A stretch of 59,987 bases of DNA, counting the filler. It is 4 parts of 4 records of this genome, joined end to end, with 100 filler letters (N's around TTAATTAATTAA, not from the genome) between each part and the next. Parts side by side here need not be neighbours in the genome. Positions count along the whole stretch, not along the records: positions 46,107 to 59,987 come from DRR378314_176; 3 more parts are not named here. One strand, written 5' to 3'. This document shows, piece by piece, positions 47,944-58,072 of this stretch. The notes under the pieces were generated by a model, which saw only the letters and a list, made by a program, of their open reading frames with translations, ran no database searches and was not told the DNA's origin. The first letter of the stretch is position 1, and each line of letters opens with the position of its first letter. The translations under genes were made by a program, and so were the position numbers.

Positions 47944-49350
47944 ATGGCGGATGGAGACGCACAGATGCGCAATGACGACGGGATTGCCGCAGCTTTGGGC
48001 ATCTTGAAACAGCAGTTTGGCGAGCGGTTCCAGACCGGTGAAGCGATGCGTGAACAGCATGGGCATACCACCACGTGGATTGAGAACCAGATGCCGGACG
48101 GTGTGGTTTTTGCACAATCTACCGCCGAAGTGTCGCAGATCGTAAAGATCTGCGCCGCCCATCATGTGCCGATCATCGCCTTTGGCACGGGCACCTCGCT
48201 GGAGGGGCATGTGAATGCGCCGCTTGGCGGGGTTTCCGTTGATGTCAGCCAGATGGACAAGGTCTTGGAGGTCAACACCGGTGATCTGGATTGCCGTGTG
48301 CAACCCGGCGTTACCCGTGAGGCGCTGAACACCCATCTGCGCGATCAGGGATTGTTCTTTCCGATTGATCCGGGGGCCAATGCCTCTATCGGTGGGATGA
48401 CGGCGACGCGGGCGTCGGGCACCAACGCGGTGCGATATGGCACGATGAAGGACAATGTGATCAACGTTGAGGCCGTGATGGCCGATGGGTCGATCATCCG
48501 CACCGCGCGGCGGGCGAAAAAGACTTCTGCCGGCTATGATCTGACGCGGCTGATGGTCGGCTCCGAAGGGACGCTGGGCATCATCACGGAAATCACACTG
48601 CGTTTACAGGGCATTCCCGAGGCGATGTCAGCGGCGCGCTGTTCCTTCCCCAGTGTTGAAGCGGCGGCAAAAACCGTGATGGCGGTGATCCAATACGGGG
48701 TGCCTGTGGCGCGGATTGAATTGCTGGACCGCGTGATGGTGGAGGCGGTGAATAGCTATTCCAAGCTGGACCTGCCGGTGTCACCGATGCTGTTGCTGGA
48801 ATTTCACGGATCGGATGCCGGGGTGGCCGAACAGGCGGAGACCTTTGGCATGTTGGCTGAGGAAGAAGGCGGGACAGGGTACGCTGCCACCAAGACACTG
48901 GAGGAGCGCAACAAGCTTTGGCAGGCGCGTCATGATGCCTATTGGGCGATGCTGGCGATCCGGCCCGGCTGTGATGCGGTGGCATCTGATGTTTGCGTGC
49001 CTATTTCGCGACTGGCAGAGGCCCTGACACAGGCAGAGGCAAAAGCCGCCGAAATGGGGTTGGTGGCACCCACGGTCAGCCATGCGGGGGATGGCAATTT
49101 TCATGCCACGGTGCTGGTGGATATGGGAGATGCCGCAGAGGTCGCAAAGGCCAAAGAGTTTATTTCATGGCTCAATGACATGGCCATCGGGATGGAGGGC
49201 ACCTGTACCGGCGAACATGGCATCGGGCAGGGCAAGCGGCCCTATCTGCTGCGCGAATTGGGGGCGGAGACGCTGGCCGTGATGGGGATGATCAAGAAAG
49301 CTATGGACCCGGATAACATCATGAATCCGGGTAAGATTTTACCTGAATAG
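47944..49350 (+). CDS. FAD-linked oxidase (D-lactate dehydrogenase/GlcD family)
   Basis: GTSLEGH, PIDPGA, GYDLTRLMVGSEGTLG, HAGDGNFH, GEHGIG, NPGK. Confidence 0.93.
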   Translation: MADGDAQMRNDDGIAAALGILKQQFGERFQTGEAMREQHGHTTTWIENQMPDGVVFAQSTAEVSQIVKICAAHHVPIIAFGTGTSLEGHVNAPLGGVSVDVSQMDKVLEVNTGDLDCRVQPGVTREALNTHLRDQGLFFPIDPGANASIGGMTATRASGTNAVRYGTMKDNVINVEAVMADGSIIRTARRAKKTSAGYDLTRLMVGSEGTLGIITEITLRLQGIPEAMSAARCSFPSVEAAAKTVMAVIQYGVPVARIELLDRVMVEAVNSYSKLDLPVSPMLLLEFHGSDAGVAEQAETFGMLAEEEGGTGYAATKTLEERNKLWQARHDAYWAMLAIRPGCDAVASDVCVPISRLAEALTQAEAKAAEMGLVAPTVSHAGDGNFHATVLVDMGDAAEVAKAKEFISWLNDMAIGMEGTCTGEHGIGQGKRPYLLRELGAETLAVMGMIKKAMDPDNIMNPGKILPE

Positions 49351-49455
49351 GGTGGTAGGCGCGGGGGTTTCTGCGCCTTTTGATTGACCGGACGATGCCA
49401 TAGAAACATCAAAATCTTCTGGCTTTCTGCCCTTGAACAAACAGGGGCAGGCCAG

Positions 49456-50007
49456 ATGCGTTTCTTTTTTCTTACCTTCGGGCTGATCATAACAACCGGT
49501 TCCGGTGTCGCGGGATATGACTTTGTCAAACAAAGCGCCGCATTTGCGCCGGGGGCTTTGACGCTGGAAAGCTGTGCTGCGCATTTACCTGCGCGGCTGA
49601 CCTCGATGGCAACGGTCAATGCGGCCAAGGCATCAAATGCGATCCCACAAATTCGCGAGACCTGGACCGGCAAAAGCTGGTCGGACATGAACCGCGCTGA
49701 ACAAGTTGCCAATTTCACCGCCGACAGCCCTCAGTTGCGTCAGATGGTGGCCGCAGAGCAGGCAGCAACGCGGCAAGGGTTCTGGGCATCTATCCGCCAA
49801 AAATTCAGCGGCAAGGATAAAGCGGCAGGCACGCGTCTGAATGACATCAAAGCCCGCACCGCCGCGCGCACTTACAAACCAACGGTGCAGCCCTCGGATC
49901 TGTCGGGGATGAGTGCGGCTGATATCTATGCCAACCGTGGTGAGATTTCGCGCAGCTTTTCGGCGATGGCGGCTGAGAATATGAACGCGACGTCCAAGGA
50001 CTTCTGA
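49456..50007 (+). CDS. Hypothetical secreted/anchored protein (paralog A)
   Basis: N-terminal hydrophobic segment; aligns with 50068-50631. Confidence 0.7.
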   Translation: MRFFFLTFGLIITTGSGVAGYDFVKQSAAFAPGALTLESCAAHLPARLTSMATVNAAKASNAIPQIRETWTGKSWSDMNRAEQVANFTADSPQLRQMVAAEQAATRQGFWASIRQKFSGKDKAAGTRLNDIKARTAARTYKPTVQPSDLSGMSAADIYANRGEISRSFSAMAAENMNATSKDF

Positions 50008-50067
50008 GTTGGCAGGCCGCAACCACAGGATACGGGCGATCCCGCGTCAAACGATAAGGACTAAGCG

Positions 50068-50631
50068 ATGATCAAATATGTAACATTGGCACTTGGGGTG
50101 ACGATGATGGCGGGTTCCGGTCTTGTTGCGATCGCGAATGATACCCCGGGGGCCGCCAGCGACGATCCGGGCCTGAACCTGTTGTTGCGATGGGAAAACC
50201 GGGTGGCCCGTACGGCATATGATCAAACCAACAATGCAGACCCGCGCCGCGCCGCCTTGCCGCAGAAAACAGGGCAGGGGGCATCCAAAAAGCACTATTC
50301 AAGCATGACAGGCGAAGAAGAGCTACGTGAGATTGCGAAGCATAACCCCCATGTTAAGGAATACATTGATCTATTGGACGCCCGTCAACGGGATGCGAAA
50401 TGGGCGCGTGTACGTCATAAGGTTGATGACAAAGCCGGTGCAAAGGGGCGGCTTGGTGATATCCACACTCGGCCACCGGTGGATGGGAAGGTCAGAGATG
50501 TATCGATGGAGGAATTTGACCGGATGAGCACCCTTGAACAATACCGCCACCGCAGTACGATCAAACCCTTGCGCAGCAAGGAAAATGTTGGACAAGGCAG
50601 CGGAATCACCTGGAAACAGAAGCGCGACTAA
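50068..50631 (+). CDS. Hypothetical secreted/anchored protein (paralog B)
   Basis: AAGGA RBS, signal-peptide-like N-terminus; aligns with 49456-50007. Confidence 0.75.
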   Translation: MIKYVTLALGVTMMAGSGLVAIANDTPGAASDDPGLNLLLRWENRVARTAYDQTNNADPRRAALPQKTGQGASKKHYSSMTGEEELREIAKHNPHVKEYIDLLDARQRDAKWARVRHKVDDKAGAKGRLGDIHTRPPVDGKVRDVSMEEFDRMSTLEQYRHRSTIKPLRSKENVGQGSGITWKQKRD

Positions 50632-50848
50632 TCTGCGCCCCGGACCATGATGGGGGTTCGGGCCAATTTGGGCTGTGCCCTGTTACGCTCTGCCGGGATT
50701 TTATCGCCAGGGATGCCGTCGTTCAAACACCAGCGTCCCAGTGTCAGGCGCAAGGTCGGTTTTTTGATATGTTGGGTCGGCTGGTGCACCGTGATTTTGC
50801 CAAGGCGGCGTAAAACAGGGGCAACTCTGTCAGAAGGATTCGGGGCTT

Positions 50849-53341
50849 ATGAAAACGAACGTCAAAGCATTGGTTGTCGGCGGTGGTGCCGTAGGGACCT
50901 CGATTGCCTATCATCTGGCGGCGGCGGGCTGGGACGATGTCATGCTGCTTGAACGCGACGAGCTGACCTCGGGCTCGACATGGCATGCGGCGGGATTGCT
51001 GCCCTATTTCAACATGTCCTATGCCACGACACATATTCATGACTATTCGATCCGGTTTTACAAAACGCTGGAGGAAGAGACCGGATTGAACGCCGGTTTT
51101 GCCGTGGTGGGCAACCTGCGCATGGCGCAGACGGATGAACGCATGGATGAATACATGCTCTATGCCTCAACCGCGGAAACCTGTGGTGTGCCTTATGAAT
51201 TCATGACCCCTGACGAGGTAAAAGCGAAATGGCCGCTGATCCGCACGGAGGATCTGAAAGGCGCGCTGTATCATCAGACAGATGGCTATATTAACCCTGC
51301 GGATGTGACCATGGCGATGGCCAAAGGCGCGCGTCAGCGTGGTGTCGCAATCGAGCGCAAATGGCAGGCGGATGCGTTTCACTGGAACGGTACCCACTGG
51401 GAAGTCACGGTGACCAAGATGGTCGAAAAGGGTGGCAATCTGGTACCCTCGGATGAACAGCTGGTGATTACCGCCGAACATGTGGTGACCGCATCGGGCA
51501 ACCACGCACAGCGCACCGCGAAAATGCTGGGGATCAAGATGCCCGCGATTCCGGTGGAACACCAGTTTATCGTGATGGATCAGGACCCCGATCTGGTGAA
51601 ATGGCGCGGGGAGGGCAATGTCGAACACCCCGTCATCCGTGACGCGGATGCGCAATCCTATGTGCGCGAGGAACGCGGTGGCTGGATTCTGGGTGTCTAT
51701 GAGAAAGACGCGCCAGCGCGGTTTGAATATGGCGTGCCTGACAGTTTCCGCGCCGATCTGTTCCAACTGGACCTTGAGCGGATCGAAGACCAATACGCCG
51801 CGATGATCCACCGGATTCCGTCTTGCGAGGACTCTGGCCTGAAGGATGATTTCAACGGCCCGATTTGTTACACGCCTGATGGCAACCCGCTGGTTGGTCC
51901 GGCACCGGGTTTGCGCAATATGTGGCTGGCCGAAGGATTTTCATTCGGCATCACTGCGGCGGGTGGCACCGGTTATTACCTTGCGCAGCTGATGGTGAAA
52001 GGGGAGGCCGAGATCGACATGGCGTCCCTTGATCCCAAACGCTACGGCGATTGGATGACCACGGAATTTGCCGCCCGCAAAAACGAAGAATGCTACGAAC
52101 ACGTTTATATCCTGCACCACCCGGATGAGGAACGCCCCGCTTGCCGGCCTTTGCGTACCTCACCCGCCTATGACCGTCAGGCCGCACGTGGTGCACAGTT
52201 TGGTTGGGTCAACGGCTGGGAACGTCCGAACTATTTCGCGCCTGAGGGGTTCAACGACCACGATGCACGCTCCTTCCGCCGGGGCGGCTGGTGGCAGTAC
52301 GCGGTGGACGAAGCCAAGGCAGTGCGCGAAGGTGTTGGCCTGATTGATGCGACTGCATTCACCAAACATGTGGTTAAAGGACCCGGTGCAACGGCTTTCC
52401 TTGACTGGTTCACCTGTAACAAACTGCCGTCGGTTGGCCGCATCAACCTGACCTATGCGCTGACCGGTGCGGGCACCACACGCACGGAATATACCATCGT
52501 GCGGATTGCACAGGATGAATATTACCTTGTAAGCGCCGGGGCTTGGACGGCCTATGACAGTGATTACCTGCGCAAGGCGATTGAGGATAAGGCACCCGAG
52601 TTTGGCTATATCGAATGCCATGATGTGACCACGCAATGGGGTGTCTTCGCCATCGCTGGTCCGAAATCGCGCGATGTGTTGAACGAGATCGTCAAGGACG
52701 GCGATCCCGAAACGGTATTGTCCAACAAGCGTTTCCCTTGGCTGACCATGCGCAACATCGAATTGGGCATGTGTCCGGTGCGGGCGATCCGCGTGGCCTA
52801 TACCGGAGAGTTGGGTTGGGAGCTGCATCACCCGATTGAAATGCAAAACTACCTGTTTGATCAGCTTGAGAAAGCCGGTGAAAAGCACGGGATGAAACTG
52901 GTGGGCGCACGGGCGCAGAACTGGTTGCGGCAGGAAAAATCCTATCGCGCCTTTGGCACCGAGTTGGGCCGCGACGCGACGCCGCTGGAGGCCGATCTGC
53001 CGCGCTTTGTCGACCTGTCGAAAGAGTTTCACGGCAAGGCGGCGATGGAGGCCCATGGCATCAACGCGAAATGTGTGACCCTGTTGATCGACGGGCCGGA
53101 AGATGCCGACCCATGGGGCCGTGAGGTTCTCTATGTTGAGGGCGAACGCACGGGGCGTCTGACATCAGGTGGCTATTCGGTGGCCTTCGAAAAATCCATC
53201 GGCATGGGGTATGTAAAGCCAGAACATGCGATTGTGGGGACCAAGCTGAAGGTCAAGATGTTTGATCAATTGTGGGACGCTGAGATTGTCGAGGACAGCC
53301 CCTATGATCCAAAGAACACCACGATCCGCATCGACGGCTAA
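50849..53341 (+). CDS. GcvT-family FAD-dependent oxidoreductase (dimethylglycine/sarcosine dehydrogenase-like)
   Basis: GGGAVG, LTSGSTWHAAG, YTPDGNP, GWERPNYF, YTGELGWE, LTSGGY. Confidence 0.93.
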   Translation: MKTNVKALVVGGGAVGTSIAYHLAAAGWDDVMLLERDELTSGSTWHAAGLLPYFNMSYATTHIHDYSIRFYKTLEEETGLNAGFAVVGNLRMAQTDERMDEYMLYASTAETCGVPYEFMTPDEVKAKWPLIRTEDLKGALYHQTDGYINPADVTMAMAKGARQRGVAIERKWQADAFHWNGTHWEVTVTKMVEKGGNLVPSDEQLVITAEHVVTASGNHAQRTAKMLGIKMPAIPVEHQFIVMDQDPDLVKWRGEGNVEHPVIRDADAQSYVREERGGWILGVYEKDAPARFEYGVPDSFRADLFQLDLERIEDQYAAMIHRIPSCEDSGLKDDFNGPICYTPDGNPLVGPAPGLRNMWLAEGFSFGITAAGGTGYYLAQLMVKGEAEIDMASLDPKRYGDWMTTEFAARKNEECYEHVYILHHPDEERPACRPLRTSPAYDRQAARGAQFGWVNGWERPNYFAPEGFNDHDARSFRRGGWWQYAVDEAKAVREGVGLIDATAFTKHVVKGPGATAFLDWFTCNKLPSVGRINLTYALTGAGTTRTEYTIVRIAQDEYYLVSAGAWTAYDSDYLRKAIEDKAPEFGYIECHDVTTQWGVFAIAGPKSRDVLNEIVKDGDPETVLSNKRFPWLTMRNIELGMCPVRAIRVAYTGELGWELHHPIEMQNYLFDQLEKAGEKHGMKLVGARAQNWLRQEKSYRAFGTELGRDATPLEADLPRFVDLSKEFHGKAAMEAHGINAKCVTLLIDGPEDADPWGREVLYVEGERTGRLTSGGYSVAFEKSIGMGYVKPEHAIVGTKLKVKMFDQLWDAEIVEDSPYDPKNTTIRIDG

Positions 53342-53360
53342 GGGATTCACATTTTGTTAA

Positions 53361-53400
53361 TCTGATTTTGGAAGGGTAAAGAAACCCTTTCAAAATCGGA
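53361..53400 (+). promoter_or_regulatory. 17-bp hairpin overlapping the RBS of the downstream gene
   Basis: TCTGATTTTGGAAGGGT-AAAGAA-ACCCTTTCAAAATCGGA; both mismatches are G-U compatible. Confidence 0.6.
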
Positions 53401-53406
53401 GCGACA

Positions 53407-53895
53407 ATGGATGAACTACTGAAAGAAAGGTCGGTTTCCGAACTGCTGGCTTTGCATGCAGAAGTCTCGGGCCTTTTGAAATCCAGCGGGGCGGTGCGGT
53501 CTTCGAATAATCCGGCGGGTGATTATGCCGAAACCTTGTTTTGCAAGGCGTTTGGCTGGGAGATGGCCGGCCCTTCGGTGAAAGGCTATGACGCGCGTGA
53601 CGGGCAGGGTATCCGCTATCAGATCAAGTCGCGCCGGTTGACCGAGCATAACAGCTCGCGTCAATTATCGGCCCTGAGGAACCTGAAGGACCAGCCTTTT
53701 GATTTTCTGGCCGGTGTCCTGTTTTCAAGTGATTACCGGGTCTTCCGGGCAGCGATTGTACCGCATCATCTGGTCCTGCAAAACACCCGCATATCGGCCC
53801 ATACCAACAGCCGGTTGTTCCACCTGCGCGATGTGGTTTGGGATTGGCCGGAGGTGCGTGACGTTACTGAAACGCTGCGCGCCATCCGGCTTTAG
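53407..53895 (+). CDS. Small PD-(D/E)XK-like nuclease-fold protein (DUF6998-like)
   Basis: NPAGDYAE...KGYDARD...RYQIKSRR...FDFLAGVLF. Confidence 0.6.
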   Translation: MDELLKERSVSELLALHAEVSGLLKSSGAVRSSNNPAGDYAETLFCKAFGWEMAGPSVKGYDARDGQGIRYQIKSRRLTEHNSSRQLSALRNLKDQPFDFLAGVLFSSDYRVFRAAIVPHHLVLQNTRISAHTNSRLFHLRDVVWDWPEVRDVTETLRAIRL

Positions 53896-53915
53896 CTGCC
53901 CTATTGTATCACAGC

Positions 53916-54698
53916 TTATTGCGCGCGCCGGGCCAGCCATGCGTTCCAGGCCTCGCGGCTGCCGGAAAACGTGTTCAGGTCAACATCACCTTTGATGCCG
54001 GGAATGATCCCTGTGGCGCTGTATTGCCAGAACTTCCAGCTCTGACCGGGAAAGGCCTCGCGCGGGGTTTTGGCGGTGGTGCGCAGCCAGTATTCATAGC
54101 CGCGAAATGACTTCAGGTTGTTTTCTTCGTAAAACCGTGGCGTGGTATAGATGATTGGGCGCTGGCCATAATGCGCTTCGACGATCCGCAGCCAGACACG
54201 CATCTGGCGCTGAACTTCTGCGGCAGGGGGGCGGACCTTGGCACAGGTGGGGGAAAACGGGTTCCACTCCATGTCCAATACTGGCGGCAAGGCACCCCGG
54301 CTGCGCGGCACGTTTTGAATGAACCATTGGGCCTGCACCTCGGGCGTCGTACAGAAATAGTAGAAATGATATGCCCCGCGCACCACCCCGGCGCGACCTG
54401 CGTTGCGCCAGTGGTTTTTGAACTCGATATCCAGCAGATCACCGCCTTCGGTAGCCTTGAGAAATGCGAAGTTTACGCCGTTGGCGCGGGCAGTGTTCCA
54501 GTCGATGCTGGTCTGGAATCGCGCCGCATCAATGCCATGAACGGCGAAACGCGCGGGCGCAGGATTGGCAAAATCAACTGGTTTTGCATCGCGAAAATTT
54601 GGAGCGAACAAAACGCCGGGCGGGGCGGGTGGTGCCGTGCCAGTGCCACAGGCGGCGAGGGTCAGCACGGTCAGAAACGTCAGAATACGGGCAATCAT
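53916..54698 (-). CDS. GH25 lysozyme lipoprotein
   Basis: LAAC lipobox, HGIDAARFQ, KATEG, GAYHFYY, LDME, WQYS, VDLN. Confidence 0.93.
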   Translation of the reverse strand: MIARILTFLTVLTLAACGTGTAPPAPPGVLFAPNFRDAKPVDFANPAPARFAVHGIDAARFQTSIDWNTARANGVNFAFLKATEGGDLLDIEFKNHWRNAGRAGVVRGAYHFYYFCTTPEVQAQWFIQNVPRSRGALPPVLDMEWNPFSPTCAKVRPPAAEVQRQMRVWLRIVEAHYGQRPIIYTTPRFYEENNLKSFRGYEYWLRTTAKTPREAFPGQSWKFWQYSATGIIPGIKGDVDLNTFSGSREAWNAWLARRAQ

Positions 54699-55348
54699 GA
54701 AGATGTCTTTCTGGCGATAAAGCCGAGGTTGTTTGCAGGCATTTCCTGCGACAGGGCGGTCAGCCCGGCATCCAGGAACCAGCGCTGCATGTCGCGGGTG
54801 TCTTTATAGCCGATCGCCGGATCAGCAGCACGCAATTCGGCGTCAAACCGCTGATCCGCGGCGCTGACCAGCGTGCCGTCGCGTGTGAAAGGCCCATAGA
54901 TCATCAGCGCACCATCGGGGGACAGCGCTTGCGCCGCTTCGTTGAGGATGATGCGGGTTTCGGCCACAGAGATCAGGTGCAGCAGATTGATCAAAACGAT
55001 CAGATCCTGACCGCCATGAACCGTGGACCATCCGGCCGTGGTGGCGTCCAGCATTTGGGCGGGTTTGACATTGCTGAGGCCTTTGTCGTGCACATAGCTG
55101 TCGATGCTGCGCAACCGGTCGGGGGCGATGTCGGTGGGCTGCCACGTTAGGGCGGGCAAGGCCGCGGCAAAGCTGATGACATGCTGGCCGGTGCCGCTGG
55201 CGATCTCCAGCGCTTGCCCGCTGGCGGGGGCGTTTTCACGCAGGAAAGCCGCAATATGCACCGCGTTGCGTTCTGCTGACGGGGCATGCAGTTTTGCGCC
55301 CTCTTGCGGTGTGGCGATGCTTGCGCTGGGCGGCAGGGCACGGCTCAT
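54695..55348 (-). CDS. DUF938 SAM-dependent methyltransferase-like protein
   Basis: APSAERN, LEIASGTGQH, WQPTD, YGPF, MPANN. Confidence 0.9.
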   Translation of the reverse strand: MSRALPPSASIATPQEGAKLHAPSAERNAVHIAAFLRENAPASGQALEIASGTGQHVISFAAALPALTWQPTDIAPDRLRSIDSYVHDKGLSNVKPAQMLDATTAGWSTVHGGQDLIVLINLLHLISVAETRIILNEAAQALSPDGALMIYGPFTRDGTLVSAADQRFDAELRAADPAIGYKDTRDMQRWFLDAGLTALSQEMPANNLGFIARKTSS

Positions 55349-56424
55349 CTGCGCAACCGATTGGGGGTAAGCTGGGCGATTAGATCTGGGGCAAGTTGGG
55401 GCGTGCGACCCATCACCAGATCAGCCAGCAGTTGCGAGGCCGCCGGGGCGGTCTGAAACCCGTAGCCGCCCTGACCGGCGCACCAGACAAAACTTGCATC
55501 ACTTGGATCAGGCCCCAGAACCAGCGCGCGGTCGGGCGAGAAACTGCGCAAGCCTGCCCATGAGGCCAGCAACCGCGTGACCGGTTCCGTCACCATGTAT
55601 TCATACCGCGCGATGCCTTCGGCGAGCACCATATCATCAGCCCAGGCATCATGGGGTTCAACCGGATCTTCCTCTGCCGGAGAGACAATCAGCGCACCGG
55701 CGTCAGGCTTGGCATACCATGTTTCGCCCACGCCAAAGAACATCGGCCATTGTGTGACGTCATGCCCGGCCGGGGCGGGGATGCGCGCCATGGAGCGGCG
55801 GTGTGGCAGGATGCCCAAAGGTGCGATGCCTGCCATTTCAGCAACCGGGTCAGCCCATGCTCCCGCTGCGTTAACCAGCGTGGCGCAGGTATACTCTGTA
55901 CCGCCCGCCGTCACGCTCCACCCATCGCTGGTGCGTTTGATCGCCGATACTGGCGCTTTGGTTACAACCTGTCCGCCGTTGGATTTCAGCATGCGGGTGA
56001 AATCCTGCATCAAACGGTCCGTGTCGATGTCCAGCGCATCAGCGTGATATCCGGCAAAGGCCAGATGGTCGCGGTTCAGGATCGGGATGAAGTCGCAGGC
56101 ACGCTCAATCGAAACCGCATCCAGTCCCAATGTCGCTATGTCCTTTTCATAGGCTTCTTTTTCGTCGGCCTGCGCCACAATCAGAAAGCCGCGCGGGCTG
56201 AGGTAGCCGCCATTGGCCTCGTAGTGGTAGGATTTGCTTGCGGTGTTCAGCGCAACGGTGCTGGGCAGCCCGTAGTTTTCTTCATATAGGGCCGCAGATC
56301 GGCCAGAGGCATGATAGCCGGTGCTGGTCTCTTGCTCCAGCACGGTCACTTTGGCGTCAGCCGACAGACGTGCCGCTGCGGACAGGCCGGCAATGCCGCC
56401 GCCGATTACGATAATATCACTCAT
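55345..56424 (-). CDS. FAD-binding oxidoreductase (DAO family)
   Basis: GGGIAG, HASGRSAA, NAAGAWAD, WAGLRSF, GQGGYGFQ. Confidence 0.9.
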   Translation of the reverse strand: MSDIIVIGGGIAGLSAAARLSADAKVTVLEQETSTGYHASGRSAALYEENYGLPSTVALNTASKSYHYEANGGYLSPRGFLIVAQADEKEAYEKDIATLGLDAVSIERACDFIPILNRDHLAFAGYHADALDIDTDRLMQDFTRMLKSNGGQVVTKAPVSAIKRTSDGWSVTAGGTEYTCATLVNAAGAWADPVAEMAGIAPLGILPHRRSMARIPAPAGHDVTQWPMFFGVGETWYAKPDAGALIVSPAEEDPVEPHDAWADDMVLAEGIARYEYMVTEPVTRLLASWAGLRSFSPDRALVLGPDPSDASFVWCAGQGGYGFQTAPAASQLLADLVMGRTPQLAPDLIAQLTPNRLRR

Positions 56425-57359
56425 GATTGTTCTTCCAGTCGGTCGGTCGCGGGGGGAGGTGTGGGCGAGAGGGCTGAGATTTCAGCGTAAAGCCCGGCGG
56501 GCATGTCAAAGGTCAAGGCATCCAGCGAAGGTTGCAATTGTTCAACGTCGCGGGCTGATATGATCGGGCTGGGGCCGGTGGGGTGATGCGCGGCCCATGC
56601 CACGGCCAGCGTGGCGGGATGCAGGTCGCGGGCGGTTGCCATTGCTTTCAGACCCTGCGCCGCCTTGTGCATCACATCCTGCCCATAGCGTGCGGCATAT
56701 CGGTCATCTTCGGTCAGACGCCCCGCCCCGCCTGCTGTATATTTCCCGGTAAGCAACCCGCCGCCCAGTGGCGAATAGGGTGCGGCAAGAATGCCAAGGT
56801 CATCCGCCATCGGCAGGATCTCAACTTCGGCCTGCCGTTTGACGAGGTTATACATCGGCTGGATCACCGCGATGCCAAGGTCAAAACCCGCAGCGATATG
56901 TGCGGCTTTGACCACCTGCCATGCAGCGAAGTTGGACAGGCCGATATGGCGGATATGGCCGCGCGCCTTGAGGTCGGCAAAGGCGGCAAAGCTTTCGCTT
57001 AGGTCGGTGTCAGGGTCGAAACGGTGCAGATAGAGAACGTCCAGCGTATCAAGCTGTAAACGCTGGCGTGATGTTTCCGCAGAGGCGAGGATATTGTCGC
57101 GGCTGGCACCCCCGGTATAGGCTGCCTTGGTTGCGATGATCAGCCTGTCGCGCTGCTCCTGAATGAAGCTGCCAAGCAGCGTTTCTGACGCCCCATCCGT
57201 ATAGACATGTGCGGTATCGAAATGAGTGATGCCCGCCGCAATACAGGCATCAAACATCTGCCGCGATTGGGTTGCATCCGCGCGGCCACCAAATTGCATG
57301 GTGCCAAAGGCAAGGCGGCTGGCGGGGGTGCCATCAGGCGAGGTGAGCGTGTGTTTCAT
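56421..57359 (-). CDS. Aldo/keto reductase
   Basis: FGTMQFG, FDTAHVY, IATK, LYLHRFD, GLSNF, YSPLGGGLLTGKY. Confidence 0.94.
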   Translation of the reverse strand: MKHTLTSPDGTPASRLAFGTMQFGGRADATQSRQMFDACIAAGITHFDTAHVYTDGASETLLGSFIQEQRDRLIIATKAAYTGGASRDNILASAETSRQRLQLDTLDVLYLHRFDPDTDLSESFAAFADLKARGHIRHIGLSNFAAWQVVKAAHIAAGFDLGIAVIQPMYNLVKRQAEVEILPMADDLGILAAPYSPLGGGLLTGKYTAGGAGRLTEDDRYAARYGQDVMHKAAQGLKAMATARDLHPATLAVAWAAHHPTGPSPIISARDVEQLQPSLDALTFDMPAGLYAEISALSPTPPPATDRLEEQS

Positions 57360-57463
57360 AAACCAACAGGTCGCATGGCTGGGTCGAGGGCGCAATTGGG
57401 GATGTGGGGAAAATCCGGTGACCGGTGCAGCCTGATCCGAGGCGCGCGCCGGGTTTCACCAGT

Positions 57464-58072
57464 TCAGGAATTGCCCTTTTCCATGGCGCGTTTATAGGCG
57501 GGGCGGTTCTGAATGGCGTCGACAAATCCTGCCAATGAAGGAAAATCATCCCCACGCCCCAACCGCAGGGCAACCTCTGCCGGAAAGCTGAGCATGATGT
57601 CAGCGGCAGAGAGCTCATCCATCACAAAATGCCCCGAGGGGCGCAACAGCCCTGCCATATAGCGGAAATGGCTGTCCAGTTCTGCGTTGATCCTAGGATG
57701 CAACGGGGCACCCGCCTCTTTCAGGCGACTGACGTAGAGGTTCAGCAGGATCGGCGTCATGGCGGAGCCTTCGGCAAAATGCATCATCTCCAGATGGCTG
57801 AAATAGGCGTCACTTCCGGCCTGCGGGATCATCTGCGGGGCGTATTTCTGGCACAGGATTTCAACAATCGCCCCACTTTCGGTGATCAACCTTCCGTCCA
57901 GTTCGATCATGGGCGACTTGCCCAGCGGATGCACCTTGAGCAATTCCGCAGGGGCAAGATTTGTGATGGCGTCACGCTCATAGGCGATGATTTCATAAGG
58001 CTCCCCGATTTCTTCAAGCAACCAGAAGATGCGATGCGAACGGGAACGGTTGAGGTGGTGCAGGCGGATCAT
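57464..58072 (-). CDS. Glutathione S-transferase
   Basis: SRSHRIFWLLEE, HPLGKSP, ESGAI, SAADIM. Confidence 0.93.
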   Translation of the reverse strand: MIRLHHLNRSRSHRIFWLLEEIGEPYEIIAYERDAITNLAPAELLKVHPLGKSPMIELDGRLITESGAIVEILCQKYAPQMIPQAGSDAYFSHLEMMHFAEGSAMTPILLNLYVSRLKEAGAPLHPRINAELDSHFRYMAGLLRPSGHFVMDELSAADIMLSFPAEVALRLGRGDDFPSLAGFVDAIQNRPAYKRAMEKGNS

